From: Terriglobales bacterium
GTDB taxonomy: Bacteria > Acidobacteriota > Aminicenantia > Aminicenantales > Saccharicenantaceae
NCBI GenBank assembly: GCA_035543515.1
Contig: DATKJS010000095.1
Location: 24,633-88,632, forward strand
Direction: 5' to 3'
DNA length: 64,000 bases
Shown here: in pieces, positions 1 through 8,334 of the stretch
How positions within the stretch are numbered: position 1 is the stretch's first letter
Layout of the letters: every line of letters begins with the position of its first letter
Made by a program: the position numbers and the translations under genes
Notes under the pieces: model-generated
What the model saw: the letters and a program-made list of their open reading frames with translations, nothing else
The model's database searches: none
What the model was told of the DNA's origin: nothing

Positions 1-404
1 GATTCGGCCTTCCGGACGCCCGCCTCGCTGAGGAAGATGAAACTCGCGTGGATTCGAAGAAGCTGAGCCTGGGATTTGGCCGTTGCGGACCCTTCCGGGA
101 ATTGGATCAGCCCGGCGTTCAGCAGGCATCTCATGGCCTCGCAGAGGACTGCGGCGCTCCTCAAGCGGAGATTGGTATGACGGCGTCTCGAGCTCCCCGC
201 TTGCCCTTCACGAGGAAGGACGTCGACCGGCAACCTGAAGTATCTCAGATAGATGTCGTGCCTTCGGATGGAATAGCCTTCGCATTCATCCATGCCGAGC
301 TCCCGGGCCGCGCGCTCGCCGCTCTTGAGAGCCTGTCCGTTCTTATAGGCCTCGATGAGGATCCACTTTTGAAGCCGCCTCGCTCTATCTTCCATTTTGG
401 TCAT
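1..404 (-). CDS. hypothetical protein; the C-terminal part lies beyond the left window edge
   Basis: The minus-strand frame is open from ATG (404-402) to position 3. I checked it codon by codon and found no stop. GGAGA lies 7 nt upstream of the ATG. It is absent from the ORF track because no stop falls in the window. The N-terminus reads MTKMEDRARRLQKWILIEAYKNGQ. I recognise no family. Confidence 0.4.
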   Translation of the reverse strand, partial: MTKMEDRARRLQKWILIEAYKNGQALKSGERAARELGMDECEGYSIRRHDIYLRYFRLPVDVLPREGQAGSSRRRHTNLRLRSAAVLCEAMRCLLNAGLIQFPEGSATAKSQAQLLRIHASFIFLSEAGVRKAE

Positions 405-494
405 GCCGGGTTCTCCTATGCAACTCCGTATCTTCGCCGAGTTCATTATCGTCCGGCCGGGTTAAGCGTCGATAAGGATTCTGTTGATTTGGTG

Positions 495-1244
495 TTAATT
501 CCCCCGCCTGGGGAGATAAAGACGGCCCTCTCCCTTTTCGCCGGTGGCGCGGTCGGAGAGCGTCAGGTCGATGACGACCCAGTCGCCGGCGGGGGGCGCC
601 TTGGGCAAGGACACCTGAATGAGATAGGCGACCATGTCCTGGGCCGGGCCGCTTGCCTCCCGGACCTTGTTGACGCGGATGACATCCACGCGCTCGCCGT
701 CGACCCTGGCCTCGACGTCTCCGGCGCCGAGGTCGGGGGCGATGTCGATGAGGGGGACCTTTTTTAGGCCCTCCATCCCCCGGGCTTTCATCACCGCGGC
801 CCCGGTCCTGGCCAGGCTCATCGGCCGGAAATAGACCTGGTAGGACGGATAGGCCCCCTGAGGCCGCCAGGCGTTCATGGCGTACACCTCGATACGGTCA
901 AAGCGCGGGTTGATCTCGAGGTCGCGCTCCGCAGGAACGTTCCAGGCCCAGTACTCCAGGCATCTGACCTGGTAGTCCTTAACGGCCGTGAGGGCCATGT
1001 ACCGCCCTTTCGCTGCGGCCAGCGAATAGCGGCCGTCCTTGCCGGAGACCGCCTTGGCCACAGTTTCGAAACGCGCGTCCTTGAGCTCGACCGAGGCGCC
1101 CTCAACGGGCTGATTCTTGAAATCCGTCACCTGTCCTGAGACCTTGACGGGGCCCTCCGCGGGCCGCCTGAGGCCAAGAGCGGGGAGGGCGCCCAGGATG
1201 ACGATCGCGAACCATGCGGGTGTCTTTCCGTGTTCTTGAATCAC
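495..1244 (-). CDS. secreted protein with a carboxypeptidase-regulatory-like beta-sandwich domain
   Basis: 249-aa ORF with an N-terminal hydrophobic signal (AWFAIVILGALPALG). The motif VSGQVTDFKNQPVEGASVELKD...SGKDGRYSL is typical of the CarboxypepD_reg fold. Confidence 0.6.
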   Translation of the reverse strand: MIQEHGKTPAWFAIVILGALPALGLRRPAEGPVKVSGQVTDFKNQPVEGASVELKDARFETVAKAVSGKDGRYSLAAAKGRYMALTAVKDYQVRCLEYWAWNVPAERDLEINPRFDRIEVYAMNAWRPQGAYPSYQVYFRPMSLARTGAAVMKARGMEGLKKVPLIDIAPDLGAGDVEARVDGERVDVIRVNKVREASGPAQDMVAYLIQVSLPKAPPAGDWVVIDLTLSDRATGEKGEGRLYLPRRGN

Positions 1245-1295
1245 CGTATCCTCCTTTTTCGCGGCACGCCGGCAGCGGCCGGGACCCCAGGCTCC

Positions 1296-1601
1296 GGCCT
1301 GGAGCCCGTTCTGGGCATCGGGAGCGGCGGCAACATCAACAAGATCTTCATGCTGACCGGGAACAAGGCCGGCCGGCCCTTATCCGCGAAGAAGCTCAAG
1401 GAGGCCAACCGCTCTCTCGCCTCCCTGAGCGTCGAGGGCCGCGTCCGGGTGCTGGCCCTCCGGCCTGACCGGGCCGACGTCATCGTCCCCGCCCTCCAGA
1501 TCTTCCGGCGCGTCATGGAATGGGCGGACATCCGGAAGATTCACGTCCCGTTCATCGGCCTGTCCGACGGATTGATCCGCGAGCCCTATGAGCGGCACAT
1601 C
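1296..1601 (+). pseudogene. N-terminally truncated relic of a second Ppx/GppA-family exopolyphosphatase
   Basis: The translation GIGSGGNINKIF...LASLSVEGRVRVLALRPDRADVIVPALQIFRRVMEWADIRKIHVPFIGLSDGLIRE matches roughly residues 200-300 of Ppx/GppA, the second actin-like subdomain. The first ~200 aa, including the phosphate-binding loops, are missing. The 5' end abuts or overlaps the minus-strand gene at 495-1244. The open frame runs on into the 3' end of the CHAD gene. Confidence 0.6.
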
Positions 1602-1671
1602 CGGGAAGGGGCCCGGCCGCTGCCGGCTCCCGGTCGCGGCTCGCTGAGCGGCGACCCGCCGGCCGGCTCTC

Positions 1672-2643
1672 CTAGTCCGGCAGGGGGGTCTTGGCCGCTA
1701 CGGATCCTCCGACCGAAGCCCCTCCATTCCGAGGGGGCTCCCGGGCCGTCCTTGCCTCGGCGGCCGGTTTGCGCCGCACGGGCCTGGTGGTGAAGATCCG
1801 CTTCTCAACGCCGCCCAGAAACTCCGAAAGGGCCGCGAGAGCCGCCTCGAAGCCGGCCAGGTCCTCGGACTTGCGGGCTTTCGTCAGCCGGGAGAACTCA
1901 AGATACGACTTGAACGACCAGAGCGGGCCTGGCTCCCGCCGCTTTCGGAACTCTCGGAGGGAGTCGAGGACGATTTCCTTGTCGTGCCAACGGCCGAGAG
2001 GCTGATGGACGCCCCGGAGCCGGTCATTGAGGAGGGTGCCGTCGTCGCCGGCGAAGCCGCCCTCCTCGATGATCTCCAGCGTGTAACGGGCCTCTTTCGT
2101 CCGCGTCCTGAGAAAATGGAGCCGGCGGACGTCGTTCCACCTGGTCTTGTCCTCCCTGATTTCCCCGATCAATTCCAGGAGCCGCGCCTCCGCCCCCGTC
2201 CTGGCGCGGCGCGCTCCGGGTCCCGCGAGGCAGGAGGCGATCGAGACCCAAGCGGAGTCGAAGAAGCCTCGGTCAAAACGCCGACAGGCGCGGCCGAACT
2301 TCTTGACCTCCCGGCGCTCGCCGTCCTTGAGCCAATTATAATATTCAGAGAGTTCGAGGGAGCCGGCCTTGGCCGCCTCCCGGGCTTCGGCTTCGAGGAC
2401 GTGCAGGTTGCGGAGCTTGCCGGCCGCCCGGAAGAGCTTGCGGGCGGGGGTGAACGCTTCCTCGGCCCGATAACGGGGTTCGACCGTCTCTATCAGGCCG
2501 AAGAAGGTCCGGAGACGCTTGAGGTCGACGCGCATCTCGTGGATTGAGTCGGTGTCAGGGAACTCAGCGGCTTGCCGGAAATGGTCCTTGAACGACCGAA
2601 CCCGGCGGTCGTAGCAGTCTTTGAAAAACGAAGAAACCTCCAT
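1672..2643 (-). CDS. CHAD-domain protein (polyphosphate-granule-associated family)
   Basis: 323 aa, all-helical and rich in His/Arg. It carries the signature IHEMRVDLKRLRTFF and a second repeat HFLRTRTKEARYTLE. It also has a basic, Pro-rich C-terminal tail. Confidence 0.85.
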   Translation of the reverse strand: MEVSSFFKDCYDRRVRSFKDHFRQAAEFPDTDSIHEMRVDLKRLRTFFGLIETVEPRYRAEEAFTPARKLFRAAGKLRNLHVLEAEAREAAKAGSLELSEYYNWLKDGERREVKKFGRACRRFDRGFFDSAWVSIASCLAGPGARRARTGAEARLLELIGEIREDKTRWNDVRRLHFLRTRTKEARYTLEIIEEGGFAGDDGTLLNDRLRGVHQPLGRWHDKEIVLDSLREFRKRREPGPLWSFKSYLEFSRLTKARKSEDLAGFEAALAALSEFLGGVEKRIFTTRPVRRKPAAEARTAREPPRNGGASVGGSVAAKTPLPD

Positions 2644-2687
2644 CCCACCCTCCCCGGGGCAGCCCGCCGTCCTTCGAGAAAGGCCGC

Positions 2688-3392
2688 TCAGCGAGCGGCG
2701 CGGCGTTTCGACGTTTCCGGCCGGGCCGGAGGACGAACGTTCAGGGTCTTCAAGAAATCCCTGGCCAGCTTATGCGCCGCTTTCCGGGTCTCCTTCTGGA
2801 AAGCGGCGGCGCCCGGGCGGCTGACACGGCCGAGGATCCCTTCCATGCTCCGGGCCAACCGCGTCTCGAGCTCGGTCCGCGCTTCTTTCTTTTGCGCTTT
2901 GAGCCGCCCGGGGCCGGTGAATTCGATGAGGGTCCCCGCGCCGCCGGCCAGGTCCCTCCAGTGGTCGAGGGCAAACTCCGCGGTCACGACGCCGCCCTTG
3001 GGGATGGCCTCGCGGAACCCCTTGACCAGATGGGCGGCCAGCTGACTAAAGGCCGGGTCATGTCCGACCAGCATGATGGAGCGGTACTTATCCGGCTGCT
3101 TGCGGATTTCCTGGGCCAGGTCCTCGGTATTCGTATTCCCGTAGAACGTATCCTTAAGCAGGATCTTCTGGTGGGGATAGCCGAAGGCCTTGGCGAACAG
3201 GTGGGCCGTTTCGATGGCCCGATTGGCGAAACTGGAGATCATCAGGTCGGGCGCGGCATTCGCCGAGGCGAGATGCCTGGCCACGGCTGTGGCTTCTTTT
3301 GTCCCCTTCTTGACCAGCGACCTTTCGAAATCGGGCAGAGCCCCGCCCCTGTCCTGGGCCGTCGCGTGCCTGACGATGTAGATCCTCAACAT
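2688..3392 (-). CDS. sixA: SixA-like histidine phosphatase with a ~70-aa basic C-terminal extension
   Basis: The RHG-type motif YIVRHATA is at the N-terminus and MLVGHDP supplies the second catalytic His. The core spans about 160 aa. It is followed by a K/R-rich helical tail (KAQKKEARTELETRLARS...KTLNVRPPARPETSKRRAAR). Confidence 0.8.
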   Translation of the reverse strand: MLRIYIVRHATAQDRGGALPDFERSLVKKGTKEATAVARHLASANAAPDLMISSFANRAIETAHLFAKAFGYPHQKILLKDTFYGNTNTEDLAQEIRKQPDKYRSIMLVGHDPAFSQLAAHLVKGFREAIPKGGVVTAEFALDHWRDLAGGAGTLIEFTGPGRLKAQKKEARTELETRLARSMEGILGRVSRPGAAAFQKETRKAAHKLARDFLKTLNVRPPARPETSKRRAAR

Positions 3393-3454
3393 GGCGTCCC
3401 TCTCCCCAGCGCCGTTCGCTAAAGGCGTTCGGGCTTCATGACAACCCCGTTGAG

Positions 3455-3504
3455 TTAAAATTCCATGAAGTTTCCATTAAATCTTCGTTAAATGAACCAG
3501 TTAA
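3455..3504. promoter_or_regulatory. candidate Pho-box-like TTAA repeats in the sixA/ROK divergent intergenic region
   Basis: TTAA cores lie at 3455, 3477, 3488 and 3501, with spacings of 22, 11 and 13 nt. On the minus strand they read TTTAAC, TTTAAT, TTTAAC and CTTAAC. The region is AT-rich within a GC-rich genome. Confidence 0.4.
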
Positions 3505-3642
3505 GCGATCAACCGCTAGGCGATGCGCCCCCTCATGTGCTATATGCTGTAAGCGAAACCTCACCGGGATCCCCATCTATGATATACTGAAGGGGTTGCA
3601 GGGTCAACTGGCCGATTCCATCCCTACGGGAGGAGGATTAAC

Positions 3643-4623
3643 ATGAAAGACTCGGCCAAGGCCTACTGGCTCGGCTTCGACCTTGGCGGGACCAAGATGA
3701 TGGCGGCCGTCTTCGGCCAGGATTTCAAGGTCGTGGCGTCCCTGAGGAACAAGACCAAGGGTGTCGAGGGGACGGTCGAGGTCCTCGAAAGGATCCAGGG
3801 CACGATCGCCGACGCCCTCCGGGAAGCCGGTCTCGAACCTTCGGACCTGGGGGGGATCGGCGTCGGATGCCCGGGACCGCTCGACCTGGACCGCGGCGTC
3901 ATCCTCCAGGCCCCGAACCTCTCGTGGCACGACGTCCCTCTCAAGGAGACCCTGGAAAAGAGGTTCAAGTGCCCGACGGTCATCGCCAACGACGTGGACG
4001 CCGGCACTTACGGGGAGTTCCGCTTCGGCGCGGGCCGCGGCGCGCGTTGCGTCCTGGGGGTCTTTCCGGGCACGGGGATCGGCGGGGGCTGCGTCTACGA
4101 GGGGCGTATCATACGCGGCCGGACCGGCTCCTGCATGGAGATCGGGCACGTCCGGGTCCAGGCGGAGGGCCGGCTGTGCGGCTGCGGCCAGCGCGGCTGC
4201 CTGGAGAGCGTGGCCAGCCGGCTGGCCATCTCGGCCGAGGCCGCGGCCGCGGCCTATAGGGGCGAGGCCCCGGCCCTCCAGCGCTTGGCCGGGACCGACC
4301 TTGCCGAGATCAAGAGCGGGACCCTGGCCAAGTCCATCAAGGCGGGGGATACGGCCGTCGAGGTCATCGTTCGGAACGCCGCCCGGCACCTCGGCTCGGG
4401 GGTGGCCAACGTCGTCAACCTGCTCGCTCCGGACATCGTCGTCCTCGGCGGCGGGCTCGTCGAGGCCATGCCGGACATCGTCCTGGGCGAGGCCCGGAAG
4501 ACGATCTGCGGACAGGCCATGAAGGCCTTCACCAGGGACCTCAAGATCGTGGCCGCCGAGCTCGGGGACAACGCCACGGCCATGGGAGCGGCGGCGCTGG
4601 CCGCCGACGGAGCGGCCCGATGA
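3643..4623 (+). CDS. ROK-family sugar kinase (glucokinase-like; candidate polyphosphate glucokinase)
   Basis: The N-terminal ATPase motif is GFDLGGTKM. The ROK zinc motif is GHVRVQAEGRLCGCGQRGCLES. AGGAGG lies 6 nt upstream of the ATG. The stop overlaps the ppx start as ATGA at 4620-4623. Confidence 0.85.
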   Translation: MKDSAKAYWLGFDLGGTKMMAAVFGQDFKVVASLRNKTKGVEGTVEVLERIQGTIADALREAGLEPSDLGGIGVGCPGPLDLDRGVILQAPNLSWHDVPLKETLEKRFKCPTVIANDVDAGTYGEFRFGAGRGARCVLGVFPGTGIGGGCVYEGRIIRGRTGSCMEIGHVRVQAEGRLCGCGQRGCLESVASRLAISAEAAAAAYRGEAPALQRLAGTDLAEIKSGTLAKSIKAGDTAVEVIVRNAARHLGSGVANVVNLLAPDIVVLGGGLVEAMPDIVLGEARKTICGQAMKAFTRDLKIVAAELGDNATAMGAAALAADGAAR

Positions 4624-6233
4624 CCGACGAAAAGACCGTCCCGGAGTCCCAGGCCCGGGTCGAAACGAAGAAGCGCCTGGCCGCGGTCATCGATATCGGG
4701 GCGACGGCCATCCGGATGGATATCGCCGAGATCGAGAAGGGCGGGCACATCCGCCGCCTGGACTCGCTCCGGAAGCCCGTTCCCTTGGGGAAAGAGACGT
4801 TCACGAAGGGGCGCATCGGGCAGGAGACGATCGGCCAGTGCATCGGCATCCTCAAGGGGTTCCAGAGCGTCATGGGCGAGTACGGGATCACGGACGCCGG
4901 CCAGGTCCTGGCCGTGGCCACGAGCTCGGTCCGGGAAGCCGCCAACGCCGACAGCTTTCGCGACCGGATCTACGTCGCCACCGGGATCAACCTCAAGGTC
5001 ATCGATGAGGCCGAACAGAACCGGCTGACGTTCCTCGCCGCCCAGGACGTGTTCGCCCTGAAACCCGACCTGGCCCAGGCCGACGTCCTCTTCGCCGAGG
5101 TCGGCGGGGGAAGCACGGAGCTCTTTCTCCTGCGGCAGGGGCAGGTCGGCTTTTCGAATTCCTACCAGCTCGGCACCCTCCGCATGCGCGAGACCCTGGA
5201 AACCTACCTGACGCCGAGCGAGCGCGTCCGGCGGATCCTCGGCCAGCACATCGGCCGGACGGCCGAGACCATGAAGAAGGACGTCCCGCCCGTGTCCAGT
5301 CCGGTCCTCGTCGCGATGTCGGGCGACGCCCAGTTCGCCGCCTCGGAAATCTCGGCGGGCTGGACGGACGAGTCGCTCCTGACGGTGGATTTCAAGACGT
5401 TCTCCGCGTTCGCGGACAAGGTCATCCCTCTCCCGGCCGAGAAGCTCGTTTCGCGCTACAAGGTCGGATACGAGGAGGCCGAGACGATCGGCCCCGGGCT
5501 GTTCGCCTATGTCATCCTGTGCCGGACGTTCAAGGTCGAGACGCTCGTCATCCCGAAAACGACTTTCCGCGACGGGCTCCTGAGGGAGGTCGCCTCCGAG
5601 CGCTCCTGGACGGACGCCTTCGCCGAAGAGGTCGTCCGGCAGGCCATGGCCCTGGGGAGGAAATACGCGTTCGACGAGAAGCACGCCCGCTTCGTCTCGG
5701 ACCTCAGCGTCCTCCTCTTCCGGGCCCTGCAGAAGGAATTTCATTTGGACCCGCGGAACGAATTGCTGCTGAGGATCGCCGCGCTCCTTCATGAGATCGG
5801 GGGCTTCATCAGCAACCGGAGCCACCACAAGCATTCCATGTACCTCATCCAGAACAGCGGGATCTTCGGATTGACCCGGGAGGAGGTGGCGCTCGCGGCC
5901 GTCATCGCCCGCTACCACCGCCGCGCGCTGCCTTCCTTGACCCATCCGGAGTACGCCGCCCTCGACCGGGACAGCCGGATCACCGTTTCGAAGAAGGCGG
6001 CCATCCTCCGGGTCGCCGACGCCCTCGACCGCAACCACCTTCAGCAGATCATGGATCCGGCAATCGCCCTGATGAAGGACGAGCTCGTCATCACGATCGA
6101 TGGGGCCGAGGACCTAACCCTGGAACGCCTAGCCCTGAAGGAGAAGGGCCCGCTCTTCGAGGATGTCTACGGACTCAAGGTCGTCCTCCGCGAGGGCCGC
6201 GCGGGCGAGGGGGGGAAACCTCATGCCGGCTGA
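4620..6233 (+). CDS. ppx: exopolyphosphatase, Ppx/GppA family with a C-terminal HD domain
   Basis: 537 aa. Motifs are AAVIDIGATAIRMDIAE, EVGGGSTELF, and an HD region LLHEIGGFISNRSHHKHSMYLI. Confidence 0.9.
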   Translation: MTDEKTVPESQARVETKKRLAAVIDIGATAIRMDIAEIEKGGHIRRLDSLRKPVPLGKETFTKGRIGQETIGQCIGILKGFQSVMGEYGITDAGQVLAVATSSVREAANADSFRDRIYVATGINLKVIDEAEQNRLTFLAAQDVFALKPDLAQADVLFAEVGGGSTELFLLRQGQVGFSNSYQLGTLRMRETLETYLTPSERVRRILGQHIGRTAETMKKDVPPVSSPVLVAMSGDAQFAASEISAGWTDESLLTVDFKTFSAFADKVIPLPAEKLVSRYKVGYEEAETIGPGLFAYVILCRTFKVETLVIPKTTFRDGLLREVASERSWTDAFAEEVVRQAMALGRKYAFDEKHARFVSDLSVLLFRALQKEFHLDPRNELLLRIAALLHEIGGFISNRSHHKHSMYLIQNSGIFGLTREEVALAAVIARYHRRALPSLTHPEYAALDRDSRITVSKKAAILRVADALDRNHLQQIMDPAIALMKDELVITIDGAEDLTLERLALKEKGPLFEDVYGLKVVLREGRAGEGGKPHAG

Positions 6234-8334
6234 GCCAAGCCCTTTTCTCAACCGCGAACTGAGCTGGCTGGCCTTCAACCGGCGCGTCCTCGAGGAGGCC
6301 CTCGAAGCCGACCTGCCGCTCCTGGAGCGTCTGAAATTCCTGGCCATCACCGCGTCGAACCTCGACGAGTTCTTCATGGTCCGCGTCGGGGGCCTGCAGC
6401 AGATCGTCGCCCAGGGCCGCAACAAGCCGGACTTCACCGGACTGACCCCGGCCGCCCAGCTCAAGGAGATCGGCTGGCTGACGCACCAAATGACCGAGGA
6501 TCAGTATGCCTGCCTGAAAGATCTCGAGGACCGGCTGGCGTCGGAGGGGATCAGCAGGGTCAAGGGCGAGGACCTGTCGCCGGCGGAGGTCGATTTCCTC
6601 GAGCGCCTCTTCTCCCGCGAGATCCTGCCGATCCTGACGCCCATCGCCATCCACCCGGCCCGGCCTTTCCCGGTCCTGGCCGGGCTCCGGCTCAACCTCC
6701 TCGTCCGGTTCCGCGAGGGCGCGGGAGGCGGCGACGAACCCCGCGGCGCCGTCGTCACCCTGCCCAGAGGTTCGGCCCGCTTCATCACGCTCCCCGTCGA
6801 GGAAGGCTATCACTTCGTGCTCCTCGAGGACGTCGCGGCCCGGTTCGCCGGCCTCCTCTTCCCGGGGGCATCCATCCTCGAAGTCGTCCCGTTCAGGATC
6901 ATCCGGAATGCCGACATGGCCGTCCGAGAGGACCAGGCCGCCGACCTCCTGGCGGAGATGAAGGAGGTCCTGGCCGAAAGGAAGCAGAGCGCCTGCGTCC
7001 GGATCGAGGTCGCCGACCGGGCCTCGGCGGCGGCCCTCGTTCTTCTCCGCGACATCTTCGAGGCGCCAGCCGACCGGGTGGCCCGGTTGCCGGGCCCCCT
7101 GGACCTCGCGGCCTATTTCCGGCTGGCCTCCATGCCCGGGTTCGAAACTCTCAAGTATGACCCATGGACGCCCCTGCCTCTGCTCGACATCGGGGCCGGC
7201 GAATCCATCTTCGATGTCCTCGACCGCAGAGACCTTCTGCTGTTCCATCCCTATGAGAGCTTCGACCCCGTGCTGCGCCTGGTCGAGGAAGCGGCGGACG
7301 ACCCGAATGTCCTGGCCATCAAGCAGATCCTCTACCGGACGAGCGAGGCGAGCCCCATCGTCTCCGCCCTCGTCCGCGCCGCCGAGAACGAGAAGCACGT
7401 CACGGCCGTGGTGGAACTCAAGGCCCGGTTCGACGAGGCCCGAAACATGGAGGGCGCTCTCGAGCTCGAACGCGCCGGGGCCCAGGTCATCTACGGGCTC
7501 CGCGGCCTGAAGACCCACGCCAAGGCCTGCATCGTCGTCCGCAGGGAGCCGGCCGGCATCCGGCGCTACGTCCATTTCGGGACGGGGAACTACAACGAGC
7601 GGACGGCCCGGCTCTACAGCGACATCGGCTACATGACCTGCCGCGAGGACTATGCGTCTGACGCCACCGCCTTTTTCAACGCCGTCACGGGCCTGTCCCA
7701 GGCCCCGGCCTACTTAAAGATCGAGGCGGCGCCGGTGGGGCTCAAATCCAGGCTCCTCGAGCTCATCGAGAACGAATCGGAGCGCCAGAAGCAGGGCCAG
7801 AAGGGATTGATCAGGGTGAAGGTGAACTCCCTCTCGGAACCCGACGTCATCCAGGCCCTCTACCGGGCCTCTCGGGCGGGCGTCGAGATCCTCCTCAACG
7901 TCCGGGGCATCTGCTGCCTCCGGCCCGGTGTCGAAGGGATGAGCGAGAATATCACAGTCGTCAGCATCGTCGACCGGTACCTCGAGCACAGCCGGATCCT
8001 CCATTTCCGGAACGGGGGAGAGGACCGGGTCTTCATCTCGAGCGCCGACTGGATGCCCCGGAACCTCGAGCGCCGGGTGGAGCTCCTCGTTCCCGTCGAG
8101 GACGAGGCCTGTCGAAAGCGCCTGATGACGATCCTCGACGTCTTCTTCCAGGACAACGTCAAGGCCCGGCGGCTGCAGCCGGACGGCTCCTATGTCAGGG
8201 TCGAGGCGGCCTCGCGCCGGAAAGCCGTGCGGAGCCAGGAATCCTTCGCCCTTCAGGCCAGGGCGGCGGCCAAGCGCGCGGACCAGGACCGGGCCGGAGA
8301 ACTCGTGCCGGTCCGCCCCGCCCCGAAGCCGTGA
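6223..8334 (+). CDS. ppk1: polyphosphate kinase 1
   Basis: The N-terminus FLNRELSWLAFNRRVLEEA is typical of PPK1, and THAKACIVVR supplies the catalytic His. Two PLD-like C-terminal domains are present. I chose the ATG at 6223 (preceded by GAGGGGGG), which overlaps the ppx stop by 11 nt. The ORF-track start at 6163 would add 20 atypical residues. Confidence 0.92.
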   Translation: MPAEPSPFLNRELSWLAFNRRVLEEALEADLPLLERLKFLAITASNLDEFFMVRVGGLQQIVAQGRNKPDFTGLTPAAQLKEIGWLTHQMTEDQYACLKDLEDRLASEGISRVKGEDLSPAEVDFLERLFSREILPILTPIAIHPARPFPVLAGLRLNLLVRFREGAGGGDEPRGAVVTLPRGSARFITLPVEEGYHFVLLEDVAARFAGLLFPGASILEVVPFRIIRNADMAVREDQAADLLAEMKEVLAERKQSACVRIEVADRASAAALVLLRDIFEAPADRVARLPGPLDLAAYFRLASMPGFETLKYDPWTPLPLLDIGAGESIFDVLDRRDLLLFHPYESFDPVLRLVEEAADDPNVLAIKQILYRTSEASPIVSALVRAAENEKHVTAVVELKARFDEARNMEGALELERAGAQVIYGLRGLKTHAKACIVVRREPAGIRRYVHFGTGNYNERTARLYSDIGYMTCREDYASDATAFFNAVTGLSQAPAYLKIEAAPVGLKSRLLELIENESERQKQGQKGLIRVKVNSLSEPDVIQALYRASRAGVEILLNVRGICCLRPGVEGMSENITVVSIVDRYLEHSRILHFRNGGEDRVFISSADWMPRNLERRVELLVPVEDEACRKRLMTILDVFFQDNVKARRLQPDGSYVRVEAASRRKAVRSQESFALQARAAAKRADQDRAGELVPVRPAPKP

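Noticed and set aside
48-767. 239-aa plus-strand ORF at the left edge
   Set aside because: It overlaps two better-supported minus-strand genes (1-404, with an SD and ATG, and 495-1244, with a signal peptide and a recognisable domain). It has no motifs of its own.
4254-6038. 594-aa minus-strand ORF opposite ppx. Similar long antisense ORFs lie at 6175-7575, 3604-4389, 28161-29900, 29404-30444, 30375-31358, 37142-39169, 40798-41922, 46610-48067, 47988-49082, 52373-53596, 53559-54749 and 58979-61543.
   Set aside because: These are shadow ORFs of the kind expected in high-GC DNA. Their translations are dominated by Arg, Gly, Pro, Asp and Ala with no recognisable motifs. Each lies antisense to a gene with strong family signatures.
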